Under the pieces are notes generated by a model. That model worked only from the letters and a program-made list of their open reading frames with translations, did not search any database and was not told the origin of the DNA. Shown here one piece after another: positions 1 through 9,570 of a stretch of DNA of 53,111 bases; position 1 is the first letter of the stretch; every line of letters starts with the position of its first letter. A program made the position numbers and the translations under genes. The DNA is from a virus (lineage: Duplodnaviria; Caudoviricetes): positions 1-53,111 of the IMG/VR virus record IMGVR_UViG_3300035492_000099. One strand, written 5' to 3'.

Positions 1-620
1 ACGGCTTTTTGGATTTCTTGTTCCACGTTTTTAACCTCATTTTCATGTTTTGATTTATAAATAGCTTTGATCTTCTCATTACTAGAGATAGAATCAAAAG
101 ATTTGACAATAAGGCTATATACGCCTTCTGGAATTGCACCTGTGGTGCTATTGCTAGTGCTGTCAGACATTAGCAATGTCCCTGTCTTTGCTTCAAAAGA
201 AACAATACGATTGACAGGGTAAGCTACATCGCCAAGAACAACTTGGTTGTCTGACAACGTATATTCTGTATAGAAAAGTCCTTGGTCATTATAAAAAACA
301 ACATATTGATTATCAAAATCTTCTACATAGGCCCATTCCCAACGATCAATAGAAAACTTTTTAATTGCATCAGAAAGTTTTGTACGGAGTTGTTCATAAG
401 ATGCTTTCTGGATTGTTTGAATAGACTCATCTGCGTCTACTCCAAGAATTGATTTAAGCAAAGATTTAGCCTCTTCATCTAATTCGGCATCAGCCTTCAA
501 CAGAAGAGATACATTCCTACCATTTGCAGCACCACCTTGAAGATCGTTGTGTGTCACCGCTAAGTGAGGACTCATCTTTTTATCCTGCTCTTCTTTTTCT
601 TTTATAATATTAAGAGGCAC
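1..620 (-). CDS. Partial head morphogenesis (scaffold-like) protein, runs off the window start
   Basis: Open frame from GTG at 620 (RBS GGAGGGG): MPLNIIKEKEEQDKKMSPHLAVTHNDLQGGAANGRNVSLLLKA...; lies directly after the prohead protease gene. Confidence 0.55.
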   Translation of the reverse strand, partial: MPLNIIKEKEEQDKKMSPHLAVTHNDLQGGAANGRNVSLLLKADAELDEEAKSLLKSILGVDADESIQTIQKASYEQLRTKLSDAIKKFSIDRWEWAYVEDFDNQYVVFYNDQGLFYTEYTLSDNQVVLGDVAYPVNRIVSFEAKTGTLLMSDSTSNSTTGAIPEGVYSLIVKSFDSISSNEKIKAIYKSKHENEVKNVEQEIQKA

Positions 621-1098
621 TAGATTCCCCTCCATCAAATGTTACATTCGTAATTTCACCTGTTTCTTCATTAACCATTCCTTTTGCACCAATTGAAACA
701 CCACCAACTACCCCTGCTTTTTTTAATTTCCAAAGGTTTTCATCGTTGTATTTCAATTTTGCAATCCAAGTTCCAGCTTTAATCTTTTCACCTGTTGCTT
801 CTACAACAACATCCAATTCCTTTTGAATCCATGTATCTTCGACAGTGAAAGCCTCTGTATCTTGGAGATGAAAAAGATTTGACTTAACAACACCCTTTTT
901 TAGGAATGTATTAAAGTTTTCACAAGCATCAATTAAAGTTTCATAATCCATCCATTGACCATGTGCATCTTTAACTAATGGTTCATAAACTACATCATAA
1001 GAAATCATTTCCTCTTCAGGAATTATTTCATAATTCTCTTTAGAAATAATTCCATATTCTTTAAGAAGGCTTTTAAGTGCCTTTGTAAAGTCTTTCAT
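610..1098 (-). CDS. XkdF-like putative prohead serine protease
   Basis: Motifs VVYEPLVKDAHG, IKAGTW, GVSIGA; lies immediately after the portal gene. Confidence 0.7.
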   Translation of the reverse strand: MKDFTKALKSLLKEYGIISKENYEIIPEEEMISYDVVYEPLVKDAHGQWMDYETLIDACENFNTFLKKGVVKSNLFHLQDTEAFTVEDTWIQKELDVVVEATGEKIKAGTWIAKLKYNDENLWKLKKAGVVGGVSIGAKGMVNEETGEITNVTFDGGESSAS

Positions 1099-1106
1099 AA
1101 GCCTCC

Positions 1107-2564
1107 TTAGTTTTCTAAATTGCTGATAGAATTATCTTGTTTTGCAGCAGAATCTGATGTACCATTAGAACTTCCTTTAGACATTCCACCTGAAGCGCCG
1201 GAAGAATATGCTGTAGTTTGCATACGAACATCTTCAATGGTGATATCTGTATTATCAAATGCTTTGGGTAATCCAGCTTGTTCGTGTAAGAAATTAACTG
1301 CGTCTGCATCAAATTTCAAACCACCAACAGAAGCAATACGTTGAACATATTTAGAAAGTTCATCAAGAGAAGTATCTTGACTATTAACAAAATCAAAATA
1401 AGGCATGACATCCGTATTCCAACCATTCAACATGAATAATTGCTTCACAAGATCATGATTTAACTGGTCACGAAGCTCTTTCAGTCGAGCACTAATGACT
1501 GTCTTGGTGAGATGTTCTAGATTTTCGGCAAGAGCAAAACTTCCCGATCCATCTTGCCCGAGAGTGAGCATGGGACAGAGTAATCCAGTCACCACTTCTT
1601 TCCTATATCTTGAAATGACTTTATCAACATCGTGTGTAGCTTGTCCCATTACAGATTTCAGTTCAAAATCAAATAGGGGTTTACCACTGTCGTCGTAAGC
1701 CATTGGAAGAAGAACACCAGATTGTTCTCCAGCATGTAAACTTCTTAGAATTTCTCTAAATGCTTCTGCTGTTTGTTTTTCATCCTCTGAAGCATCTTCA
1801 TTAAGATAACGAGGAGGAATTTTAATAACCTTCAACCCACGCAAATCTTGTGCAATGGACGTAGATTCATACCGCTCTAATTCACTTTTAAATCTCCAAG
1901 CGACATATACAGAATTGAGTGGAGATGTTCCAATTGGACTATCTTTCTGTGGATCAGCACGGAATAGAATAAATTTATTACGAGGAATATCAACTTTTTG
2001 TTGTGTATATGAAACACTGAAATCATTATCCCATTTCGGAATATTAATCCATTGTTTCAACCCTTGTAATGATCTTCCTGATTCATCCCAATACCAAGAA
2101 GCAATGGTTTCTTGTGAAATAAGAGGAAGACTTTTTATTCCAATTAATCCATCATTATATTTACTACCGTTTGCTTTTGTTCTTCTTCGATAAACCTTTT
2201 CAACAGGAGCAAATCCATATCTATTGAATGTAGCAGATTGTCGAATAAAATCATTCCATGTATGTTCCATGTCAGACATCACTGACCTTAGAAAATCTGC
2301 TTTTTCTTTTAATTGTTCTTCATACCCTTCTGGAATTTTAACAACCCACTCTGCTTTTCCTATATCCATTTCCATTAGGTTGAGTGCAGGAGCAATTGTT
2401 GCATCCTTGAACATCACTTTGTATGTTTCCATACACCACGGCCATCGGAGGTCTGTATTCATCTCCTCCATGATCTGTCCAGCAGACACTTTCAAGCCAT
2501 TGTATGATTTTTGCCCCTTAGCCATTCTAAGAGGGGCATTTTCAATATTATCTTCTAAAGCCAT
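1107..2564 (-). CDS. Portal protein
   Basis: 485 aa after terL; YGFAPVEKVY, SPIGTSPL, GSGSFALAE motifs typical of DUF935-like myovirus portals. Confidence 0.88.
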   Translation of the reverse strand: MALEDNIENAPLRMAKGQKSYNGLKVSAGQIMEEMNTDLRWPWCMETYKVMFKDATIAPALNLMEMDIGKAEWVVKIPEGYEEQLKEKADFLRSVMSDMEHTWNDFIRQSATFNRYGFAPVEKVYRRRTKANGSKYNDGLIGIKSLPLISQETIASWYWDESGRSLQGLKQWINIPKWDNDFSVSYTQQKVDIPRNKFILFRADPQKDSPIGTSPLNSVYVAWRFKSELERYESTSIAQDLRGLKVIKIPPRYLNEDASEDEKQTAEAFREILRSLHAGEQSGVLLPMAYDDSGKPLFDFELKSVMGQATHDVDKVISRYRKEVVTGLLCPMLTLGQDGSGSFALAENLEHLTKTVISARLKELRDQLNHDLVKQLFMLNGWNTDVMPYFDFVNSQDTSLDELSKYVQRIASVGGLKFDADAVNFLHEQAGLPKAFDNTDITIEDVRMQTTAYSSGASGGMSKGSSNGTSDSAAKQDNSISNLEN

Positions 2565-2581
2565 ATCTCAATATTGCCCCT

Positions 2582-4096
2582 TTATTTAAATGGATTAGAC
2601 ACACGCATATCTTGCGTGAATGATGTTAATTGTTTACCAATATTTCCAATATTTTCTCTACTAGAAGCTAGGACATAGAATGCATCGGAACATGCGTCAA
2701 CGATGTCGTCATGGCCCGATTCTCCCTTCTTTCTTTCTCCTGTAAAGTTTTCTAATTCCTTGTATACAAAAGAAAGATCGTCGTAGAATTTATTTTCAAA
2801 ATCTGTTCCACAGTTAGAAACAAACTGTATACCACCGTTTTGAGCCATACTAGAAAACGGCCTAAACCTCTCTAGTTTAGACCTATTGGTTGATATTTTT
2901 TTAACCCACAATCCGTTTTCAGAAAGTTGTCTAGCAAACATGTCTGTTGCTCTTCTACTCGCTGCACCGGGGTCAAGAGGCAGGTAATATGATGTATTTG
3001 ATGGGTCATTAAAAGAACAATCCATTACAAATTGTTCCCAATCTCCTGCACGGATTCTGGTTCTTCTTACATCATCAATGACATACATACCATTCTTAAG
3101 TTTGTGCATCCTCACACTTGCTGTATAATCTGGTGAAGGGTTACTATCTGATTTTAATGTAACAGCGAAGTCAAAAGTTCTTACTGTTGCAACAATATCC
3201 TCTGGTTCAACAAAAGATATTTCCTCAACCCAAGAACGATTAAAGAATGTACTGTTTTGTTCCCTTGCTTCCCAATCACCCCATAAGTTTCTTCGCTTTT
3301 CAATCTCGGGCATTGCTTCGAGTGACGCAAGATAGCCAGGATTTGATTCAATTAGCGAAGGATTGTCATATATCGTACCAAGCAAACCTTGAACAGATAG
3401 TGGTTTAATCTGTAGATTATGGTCATAATCGAGTTTGGGATTTCCATATTTTTCTATTAGTTCTTCTTTGGAATCACCCCAATATATTTCACCTGCAATT
3501 CGTACAAGCCATCTCACTTTCCCATTTTTCTCTGGATCAGGCATTCCGAATTTTTCATGTCCTTCTGGATACAACCACCAATCAATCCATTTTCTCAAGA
3601 AGTGTGACGGATTCGGGTTACATGTCAACCAAATGGAAGGTGTCATCTTTGCTTTGGTTCTCAATCGAGAAATTAGAAACCAAATATGTGCTTCTTCTGC
3701 GTCTGTGCTCTCATCATAAAATACGCTGGATAATTGTAATCCACGGTATAATTCTGATGATTTGTTATTTTCATAGTGGGAAAAAGAAACACTAGCACCA
3801 GAAGGAAAAACTATTTTCTGATCTTTATATTTTGGTACAACATGGGAATCATATTGTCGATACATATCAAGGGCTTCTTCAAACAAACCACCTGATTTCA
3901 TCAGCGTTGTACTATTTTTACGAATACAATAACCACGATAATAAGGGTCATCCACCCACCTAAGATGTCTCATGAGTCCAATATAGGACTTAGAGCTACC
4001 CATTGCACCACCTGCTATGATTATGTTCGCATCAGAGTTCAAGTATCTCTCTTGGAACTTAGACCTAGGCCCAAGTGTTACAATCTGATCTTCCAT
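2582..4096 (-). CDS. terL: Terminase large subunit
   Basis: Walker A GGAMGSSKS, Walker B FYDES, TCNP motif III, C-terminal nuclease HDDIVDACSDA. Confidence 0.96.
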   Translation of the reverse strand: MEDQIVTLGPRSKFQERYLNSDANIIIAGGAMGSSKSYIGLMRHLRWVDDPYYRGYCIRKNSTTLMKSGGLFEEALDMYRQYDSHVVPKYKDQKIVFPSGASVSFSHYENNKSSELYRGLQLSSVFYDESTDAEEAHIWFLISRLRTKAKMTPSIWLTCNPNPSHFLRKWIDWWLYPEGHEKFGMPDPEKNGKVRWLVRIAGEIYWGDSKEELIEKYGNPKLDYDHNLQIKPLSVQGLLGTIYDNPSLIESNPGYLASLEAMPEIEKRRNLWGDWEAREQNSTFFNRSWVEEISFVEPEDIVATVRTFDFAVTLKSDSNPSPDYTASVRMHKLKNGMYVIDDVRRTRIRAGDWEQFVMDCSFNDPSNTSYYLPLDPGAASRRATDMFARQLSENGLWVKKISTNRSKLERFRPFSSMAQNGGIQFVSNCGTDFENKFYDDLSFVYKELENFTGERKKGESGHDDIVDACSDAFYVLASSRENIGNIGKQLTSFTQDMRVSNPFK

Positions 4097-4156
4097 TACT
4101 CTCCTTTACCATCTTTTAAGAAAAAGAGTGGCTTTCAACTATTGTTCTTTAGATTC

Positions 4157-4447
4157 CTATTCGGGGATAGTATCTTGTTTTTTAGTATCTGTCTTTTTAG
4201 ATGTCTTACGTTCTACAGCATCCTTAGCAACAACATCTTTGATACGTCCTTTCTCTTGTGGGAGCACACGGACATTTTGATTTTCCTTTACAAGAACATC
4301 ATCATCAATTTCCACTTGAGCACGAAGCATCATTCCTTTGAACACTCCCGCATCATCTGGAAGTGTAGCTCCTTGTTTACCAAGGGCAAGCAATTCACGC
4401 ACAAATGTACGACTATCCACAGAACAAATTTCTACACGTTTTTTCAT
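4157..4447 (-). CDS. Hypothetical protein (about 96 aa)
   Basis: ATG at 4447 behind RBS AAGGAGA is the likely start, rather than the longer ORF-track start. Confidence 0.7.
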   Translation of the reverse strand: MKKRVEICSVDSRTFVRELLALGKQGATLPDDAGVFKGMMLRAQVEIDDDVLVKENQNVRVLPQEKGRIKDVVAKDAVERKTSKKTDTKKQDTIPE

Positions 4448-4464
4448 ATTTTCTCCTTTAATAT

Positions 4465-4838
4465 TTAAAATCAGGTTACGGGCCACCCTATCCTGCCTCG
4501 TAACATTGGAAGAACGAGCATCTTCTTCCCTCTCCACAATTCCGATTACTAGCATTCGGATATGACACAATAGCGTATATTGAATGTCAAGCCACTATTT
4601 GTTGTGGCAGAATCCTTTCGGATGCACATGCTCTTTGTCGGTAGCGATGGGACAAAAGAGCTTCCCTAGCGATAGCCGTAGCCATAACAGTCCTAGGTGA
4701 ATTCCTGTGTAATTCCCGAATAATCGGTGAATTCCGTAAAGGAGGGTGATCAGCCCCTCCACCACTTCGCAGTGGATTTAAAACGAAGAATGCAAAGCAC
4801 TCTCGTTAGACTCTGGAGCGGATAGTCACTATCCCCGC
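4465..4838 (-). ncRNA. Candidate structured non-coding RNA between terS-like and terL-proximal genes
   Basis: About 380 nt GC-richer intergenic tract with consecutive hairpins; GNRA tetraloops on the minus strand (CCACT-GCGA-AGTGG, ATCC-GAAA-GGAT). Confidence 0.45.
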
Positions 4839-5228
4839 TTATTCTTGATCTTCGTATTCTTTAACAAGCTTTGTCGTAAAACGAACAACGTTATTTGTCG
4901 ATCCTTCACGTTTCAATTCTTGTTCTTGCTCAAGATTCTCCTGCATGTCGTTATATTCACGAATACTCTGCAAAAGAGCTTCTTCAGCATTTGCAGCTTT
5001 ATTAACAGCCACAATCGTAGTGATCACCCACTTTGACGTAGCAATCACTTCCTTATCAATGTTTTTCTTACCAACACTATCAGCAATATTATCCAATGCT
5101 TGTTGTTCCAACTCACGAAGCTTACTGAGTGTTGAACGAAGTCTACTAACAGGCTTACCTCTACCTTTAGGTCGTCCGTTAGGATTTCCTGTCTTTCCTG
5201 CTTCAAACGATGTTGCGTTCTTAGTCAT
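4839..5228 (-). CDS. Putative terminase small subunit (DUF5681-like N-terminus)
   Basis: FEAGKTGNPNGRPKG motif, helical remainder, upstream of terL. Confidence 0.6.
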   Translation of the reverse strand: MTKNATSFEAGKTGNPNGRPKGRGKPVSRLRSTLSKLRELEQQALDNIADSVGKKNIDKEVIATSKWVITTIVAVNKAANAEEALLQSIREYNDMQENLEQEQELKREGSTNNVVRFTTKLVKEYEDQE

Positions 5229-5482
5229 ACCCTCTCCATAATTTTATATTATTCTCATAAGCCACAGAAGCAAGGGAAGATGCCTCAATGTAGCAGCACA
5301 AGAGCAAAAGGAGAGAAAAGCCCTTGTGCTTTGTTGTCTTAAAAGCTATTTACTTTCTTCCCAAAAACAACGAAATTCTATTTTCTTATCTAAAATGTAT
5401 TTCATTTCTAACCAATGAAAAGTGATTATACATGTGTTTGTAACATATTGCAACTTAGGTAAGTATTGGTGTTATAAATAAC

Positions 5483-5983
5483 TCATTGTTTTTCAATAAA
5501 TTTTACATATATTGACTTGTATTCTCCATTTTTTCTTAAATTATACTTCACATATTTCCCATTGCTTGTCTCAAATCCTTTTAGAAGATCGTGGTCTTTA
5601 TTGAATACACCTTCTTTATTTAAATAATACCTGCCTTCAAATCCATCAACCCATTTACTGCCGACAGGTAATTGACAAGATGCTTCCGCTTCCCAAACAA
5701 GATTGTCCAAAAGTATGTTTTCTTTGTTTCCATCTTTAAAAGAAACACGGGAAAATAAGAATGGGTTGTCAAGGAATGTAATGGCAACAAGTTTATGCAC
5801 ATAATACCTATCTTTTACACCCCAGTTATCTGATAGATCAATAATGCAGTAACCATCCTTATCGTAATAGTGCTTTAAACGCGTTTTAAGGCCACTAGGA
5901 AGCGTTTTAAACACTTCCCCTTGTGTTGTTATGGAATACACCCCTTCATAGCCTTGTAGCCACTTCTCATTCGTTTCTCGCAT
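5483..5983 (-). CDS. NUMOD4/HNH homing-endonuclease-derived protein, probably catalytically degenerate
   Basis: KWLQGYEGVYSITTQG NUMOD4-like, VHKLVAITFLDNP, VSFKDGNKENILLDNLVW (catalytic His absent); second NUMOD4-like segment at the C-terminus. Confidence 0.7.
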   Translation of the reverse strand: MRETNEKWLQGYEGVYSITTQGEVFKTLPSGLKTRLKHYYDKDGYCIIDLSDNWGVKDRYYVHKLVAITFLDNPFLFSRVSFKDGNKENILLDNLVWEAEASCQLPVGSKWVDGFEGRYYLNKEGVFNKDHDLLKGFETSNGKYVKYNLRKNGEYKSIYVKFIEKQ

Positions 5984-6134
5984 ATCTCTCCTTTGCTTAT
6001 TCTATGACTTAACATCCTATTTTAAAGAAACAAGGTGTTATTCTTCTGTAAGATTCATTAATAAATATATTTGACTATATATTATTTAATAGATATTTCT
6101 TATGTAAGATTATTTATTAACAGAATATATTAAC

Positions 6135-6484
6135 ATTCTCCTTGGTGAAAATTCAGCAAACGAAACTTCCCTTGGGGGCTTAAGAAATCTTATTCCCTAG
6201 GGTAGGTCTCTACTGAATAGACTTGAAGAGTATTCTCCCCGGAGCCAACACAGCCCATCATGCGTGATGGAACACTCTAACGAGTGTAAGACAGGATTAA
6301 CTAATTCACACATTAATCCCCGAGAGCCTTTCCCTCTGTGAAGAGGTCTGGTGTAGTGCTCTCAATCGTGGTGTTAACCATTCGACAACTTCCCCTACTC
6401 GTGCCTACCAATCCTTATGCACATAATTCCGAGGTAAGGACAAGTGATCAACAAAAACCCTCAGAATGTAAATTTTCATTTACA
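6135..6484 (-). ncRNA. Unknown structured element, copy A (paralog of 48796-49135)
   Basis: Own sigma70-type promoter; colinear conserved blocks and covarying stems shared with copy B; no credible ORF. Confidence 0.6.
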
Positions 6485-6490
6485 AAACAG

Positions 6491-6519
6491 ATAATATCAC
6501 GAGAAATGTAATTTGTCAA
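6491..6519 (-). promoter_or_regulatory. sigma70-type promoter driving element A
   Basis: TTGACA-17 nt-TATTAT with extended TG. Confidence 0.7.
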
Positions 6520-6550
6520 CTACTTTTTAACAAATAGTTGAAAATATTTC

Positions 6551-6579
6551 TTGACAAGGCAGAGATTTTATGAAACAAT
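6551..6579 (+). promoter_or_regulatory. sigma70-type promoter for the phoH operon
   Basis: TTGACA-17 nt-AACAAT with extended TG; divergent from the element A promoter. Confidence 0.55.
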
Positions 6580-6693
6580 ATATCTTCTGTCAACATCAAT
6601 AGAAAAATAAATTGTAAAAGATTGTAATTCCCTATTGACAAAACAGAGATTGTGTTGTAATATAGCATCATTCGTTGTAGAAAAGGAGGAAGA

Positions 6694-7503
6694 ATGGCAC
6701 GTAAACGAGCTGCGGCTACAAAAGTAGAAGAAGAACTAGAAATGTATGTCCCTCGAAAAAGGACAAGGGCTGTAAAAACAGAAAAGATGATTAAACCTAA
6801 GTTTGCAGAAGAACGAGAAGTACAAATCAAACTAATTGTCGCTAAGACAGAGAATCAAAAGAAGTATCTTGACAGTTTACAAAAGAACATGCTAACTGTG
6901 GGGAGGGGAAGTGCTGGTGTTGGAAAAACATATCTTGCTGCTTGTGTTGCTGTAAATAAATATTTGAAAGGAGAAGTTGATAAAATTGTTGTGATGCGTA
7001 GTGCAACACGTATGGGAGCCAACACAGGTTTCTATCCGGGAACAATTGAAGAAAAGCTAGCTTTCTTTTTAGCCCCAATTTTGAACACAATTAAAGAGCG
7101 TGTTGGGTATGCACGGTATGAAGCAGAGTTTGGTAAATCCATTGTAATTCAACCAATGGAAGCTGTGAGGGGGATGTCATTCAAATCTAAAACATATCTC
7201 ATTTGCGATGAAACCCAAAACGTCAGCCTTGAGGAAATACGTAGTCTTGTAACTAGGTTGGAAGATGGTTCACAAATTGCTCTTTGTGGAGATGACAAAC
7301 AAAAAGATATTAAAGGGTTGAGTGGTATTGAGTATATTTGTAATCTTGTGAAACGACACCGCATTCCTAACTGTGGGATTGTGGAGTTCACAACAGATGA
7401 CATTGTACGATCAGGGCTAACAAAACGATTTGTAGAAATCTTTGAAAAAGAAGGCCCAGTTTCTAATGTAGAACGTGCTTATGAGAAAGGAGAAATAATT
7501 TGA
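6694..7503 (+). CDS. phoH: PhoH-family ATPase
   Basis: GSAGVGKTYLA Walker A, GFYPGTIEEK, RGMSF, DETQN, GDDKQKD, DIVRSGL. Confidence 0.95.
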   Translation: MARKRAAATKVEEELEMYVPRKRTRAVKTEKMIKPKFAEEREVQIKLIVAKTENQKKYLDSLQKNMLTVGRGSAGVGKTYLAACVAVNKYLKGEVDKIVVMRSATRMGANTGFYPGTIEEKLAFFLAPILNTIKERVGYARYEAEFGKSIVIQPMEAVRGMSFKSKTYLICDETQNVSLEEIRSLVTRLEDGSQIALCGDDKQKDIKGLSGIEYICNLVKRHRIPNCGIVEFTTDDIVRSGLTKRFVEIFEKEGPVSNVERAYEKGEII

Positions 7504-8165
7504 AAACAAAAAATAATAAAGATATTACACAGGGGAACCCTCCTTTAGAACAAGTGTTTATTGTTGTAGAGCAATTGGTAAGCAACATCTACCATGTACA
7601 CCTTGACGAAGATATTGAGGATATGCCATACTATCGTAATGTCATCAGTGTTCTTAACAATGCTTCTCCAGATGATGTTGTTGTTTTCCATATTTCATCT
7701 GTTGGTGGTCATGTAGATACAGCAGTGAACATTTGTAATGCAATTCGATCTACAGAGGCACAAACTATCTCTGTGATTGAAACATATGCTATTAGTGCAG
7801 CATCTTTGTTTGTCATGTCAACTGACAGTGTTATTGCTATGCCACACTCCTACATGATGATTCACCCTGCCTCTTACGGCTATGTAGAAGATATGAAAAA
7901 ACTGCGTAAATTTGTTGAATTTCATGATAAACGATTGATGGAAATTATGCATGACTTCTATGAAGGGTTTCTTTCTAAAGAGGAAATTGAGAGCACCGTA
8001 GAGCACAGTATGGAAATCTGGTTGACAGCAGACGAGGTGATTGAGCGCCTTACAAATCGAGATGAACAACTGGCTGTTCTTGCAGATGGTGATGAAGATA
8101 TTGATGATATAATTCAGGAGATAACAGAATCTCCTAAACGTAAGAGAGGTAAGAAAAATGATTGA
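7500..8165 (+). CDS. ClpP-like protease
   Basis: ISSVGGHV, AISAASL (catalytic Ser), MMIHP (His), EIWLTADE. Confidence 0.85.
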   Translation: MKTKNNKDITQGNPPLEQVFIVVEQLVSNIYHVHLDEDIEDMPYYRNVISVLNNASPDDVVVFHISSVGGHVDTAVNICNAIRSTEAQTISVIETYAISAASLFVMSTDSVIAMPHSYMMIHPASYGYVEDMKKLRKFVEFHDKRLMEIMHDFYEGFLSKEEIESTVEHSMEIWLTADEVIERLTNRDEQLAVLADGDEDIDDIIQEITESPKRKRGKKND

Positions 8166-8325
8166 TTTTGATGTTAGCCCTTCTGGACTTGATGGTTATT
8201 ATGATTTCTCTGTATTTGTAGATAATTGTGTGGTGCACTATGGTCTTGTTCAAAAAGAAGTGTTGATTGGAATCCTTGTTGACTTAAAAGAGACAATTGA
8301 TGCAGAAATGGAAGAAATTGCTTGA
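8158..8325 (+). CDS. Small acidic hypothetical protein (55 aa)
   Basis: ATG overlaps the end of the ClpP-like gene; open to TGA at 8325. Confidence 0.55.
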   Translation: MIDFDVSPSGLDGYYDFSVFVDNCVVHYGLVQKEVLIGILVDLKETIDAEMEEIA

Positions 8326-8350
8326 CAAAGTAAACAAAGTGTGAAACAAT
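8322..8350 (+). promoter_or_regulatory. sigma70-type promoter upstream of the tRNA-like RNA cluster
   Basis: TTGACA-17 nt-AACAAT with extended TG. Confidence 0.55.
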
Positions 8351-8404
8351 AAAGATATGTTGATTGACATATCTTTATCCTGCACCGGGCGAGTGTGCAG
8401 GACT

Positions 8405-8551
8405 ATCATCAAGGCGGCGGCGTGGAAGGACACACACTGAATGGCATCAGCTAGTTCAGCCCCTCATAGGTATGGTGCAAAGTGGGTTCGACTCCCGCCA
8501 GAGGGACGCCACTGAACCAAGCCGGTTTCGAGTCCGGCCCGCCTTGATGGT
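8405..8551 (+). ncRNA. tRNA-like RNA with a second T-arm module nested inside
   Basis: 13-bp closing stem ATCATCAAGGCGG/CCGCCTTGATGGT; terminal T-arm GCCGG-TTTCGAGT-CCGGC; inner GTGGG-TTCGACT-CCCGC. Confidence 0.55.
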
Positions 8552-8575
8552 GGTTGCTCTTAACAGAGTAAGGGT

Positions 8576-8656
8576 TGGCTCTGAATGGCTAGTCAGCAGG
8601 GAGAAATCCTGTCGAAGCTGAATCCAAGCGAAGTTCGATTCTTCGCAGAGACATCA
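8576..8656 (+). ncRNA. Degenerate tRNA-like element
   Basis: T-arm GCGAAG-TTCGATT-CTTCGC, CTCT/AGAG closing stem, CAGG-GAGAAAT-CCTG hairpin; no canonical D-arm or CCA. Confidence 0.4.
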
Positions 8657-8857
8657 TCAAAAACAAATTGGGGCGTCACGGATATGTTGCTCATTCCCTA
8701 GAGCATTATCCGCATCAGGACGGACGGTTAAATTCCGTCATAAAATGTACAAACAATTGGCGAAGTTTGTATTCCTCTTCTCAGCTATGGGATCGTCGTC
8801 CCGAGACAAAAGACCTGTTCTGAAGATTTTAGGGGATTGGATGAACAGCCTTATTTT

Positions 8858-8895
8858 AGCCCTGTGCAGCAAATGTTGCATGGTGCTTTTCTTTT
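8858..8895 (+). terminator. Intrinsic terminator
   Basis: GCCCTGTGCAGC-AAAT-GTTGCATGGTGC hairpin followed by TTTTCTTTT. Confidence 0.6.
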
Positions 8896-8932
8896 GTGTT
8901 ATACTAACAGCACAGAAACAACAGGGGAGCAT

Positions 8933-9166
8933 ATGACATACGAAGAAGCTATGAATAAGATTGGAAAACATATTGTTATTATTCCTGAAGATGTACATTG
9001 GGAGGATGGATTTAAAGACCCAACAAATTTCTTCTTGACAAATGCCTTTGGTGAGCGTTATTATTTCAAAACTAGGAGCAGGGCTAAAGCCCAAGAGTGG
9101 GCTAATATGCTTTACGGTAATAATTTCTATATTGTTCGTCCTGTGTTGAAGGCGATAACACGATGA
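8933..9166 (+). CDS. Hypothetical protein
   Basis: ATG at 8933 after RBS GGGGAG; coupled to the next gene. Confidence 0.65.
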   Translation: MTYEEAMNKIGKHIVIIPEDVHWEDGFKDPTNFFLTNAFGERYYFKTRSRAKAQEWANMLYGNNFYIVRPVLKAITR

Positions 9167-9570
9167 AAGAAAAACACAAAAAAGCATACATGGAGTGTGC
9201 AGAGGCGTTTGCAAAATGCTCTGTCGGTAAAAGGCTAAAAGTTGGTAGCGTGATTGTTAAAAACAATAGGATAATCTCTTGTGGGTATAATGCACTACCT
9301 GAACACATAAATGGTGAATTGGAAAACGAGGAGGGTAGCACAAAACCTGAAGTTAGACACGCTGAAAAGAATGCACTAATGGGGTTAATACGTTCAAATG
9401 AAAATGCTGTTGGATCAACAATGTTTACCACCCACAGTTGTTGTAAATTTTGTGCTATTGACATCGTAGATTCCGGTATTGTAAAATTTATCTATAAAAA
9501 TGAATACCGATCATCTGAGGGTATACAATACCTTGTTGAAAATGGAATTTTAGTGGAGAAATTTGAATGA
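9163..9570 (+). CDS. dCMP deaminase
   Basis: KVGSVIVK, GYNA, HAEKNAL, CCKFCA zinc motif. Confidence 0.9.
   Translation: MKEKHKKAYMECAEAFAKCSVGKRLKVGSVIVKNNRIISCGYNALPEHINGELENEEGSTKPEVRHAEKNALMGLIRSNENAVGSTMFTTHSCCKFCAIDIVDSGIVKFIYKNEYRSSEGIQYLVENGILVEKFE

Noticed and set aside
19-34. parS half-site TGTTCCACGT
   Set aside because: Only one arm and inside a coding sequence; likely chance
8482-8505. Resemblance to the tmRNA 3' end (GGGTTCGACTCCCGCCA)
   Set aside because: No matching tmRNA 5' end, G-U alanine acceptor, tag ORF or CCA end; treated as a generic T-arm
8364-8621. 85-aa ORF on the plus strand
   Set aside because: TTG start without RBS, atypical composition, overlaps the structured RNA elements
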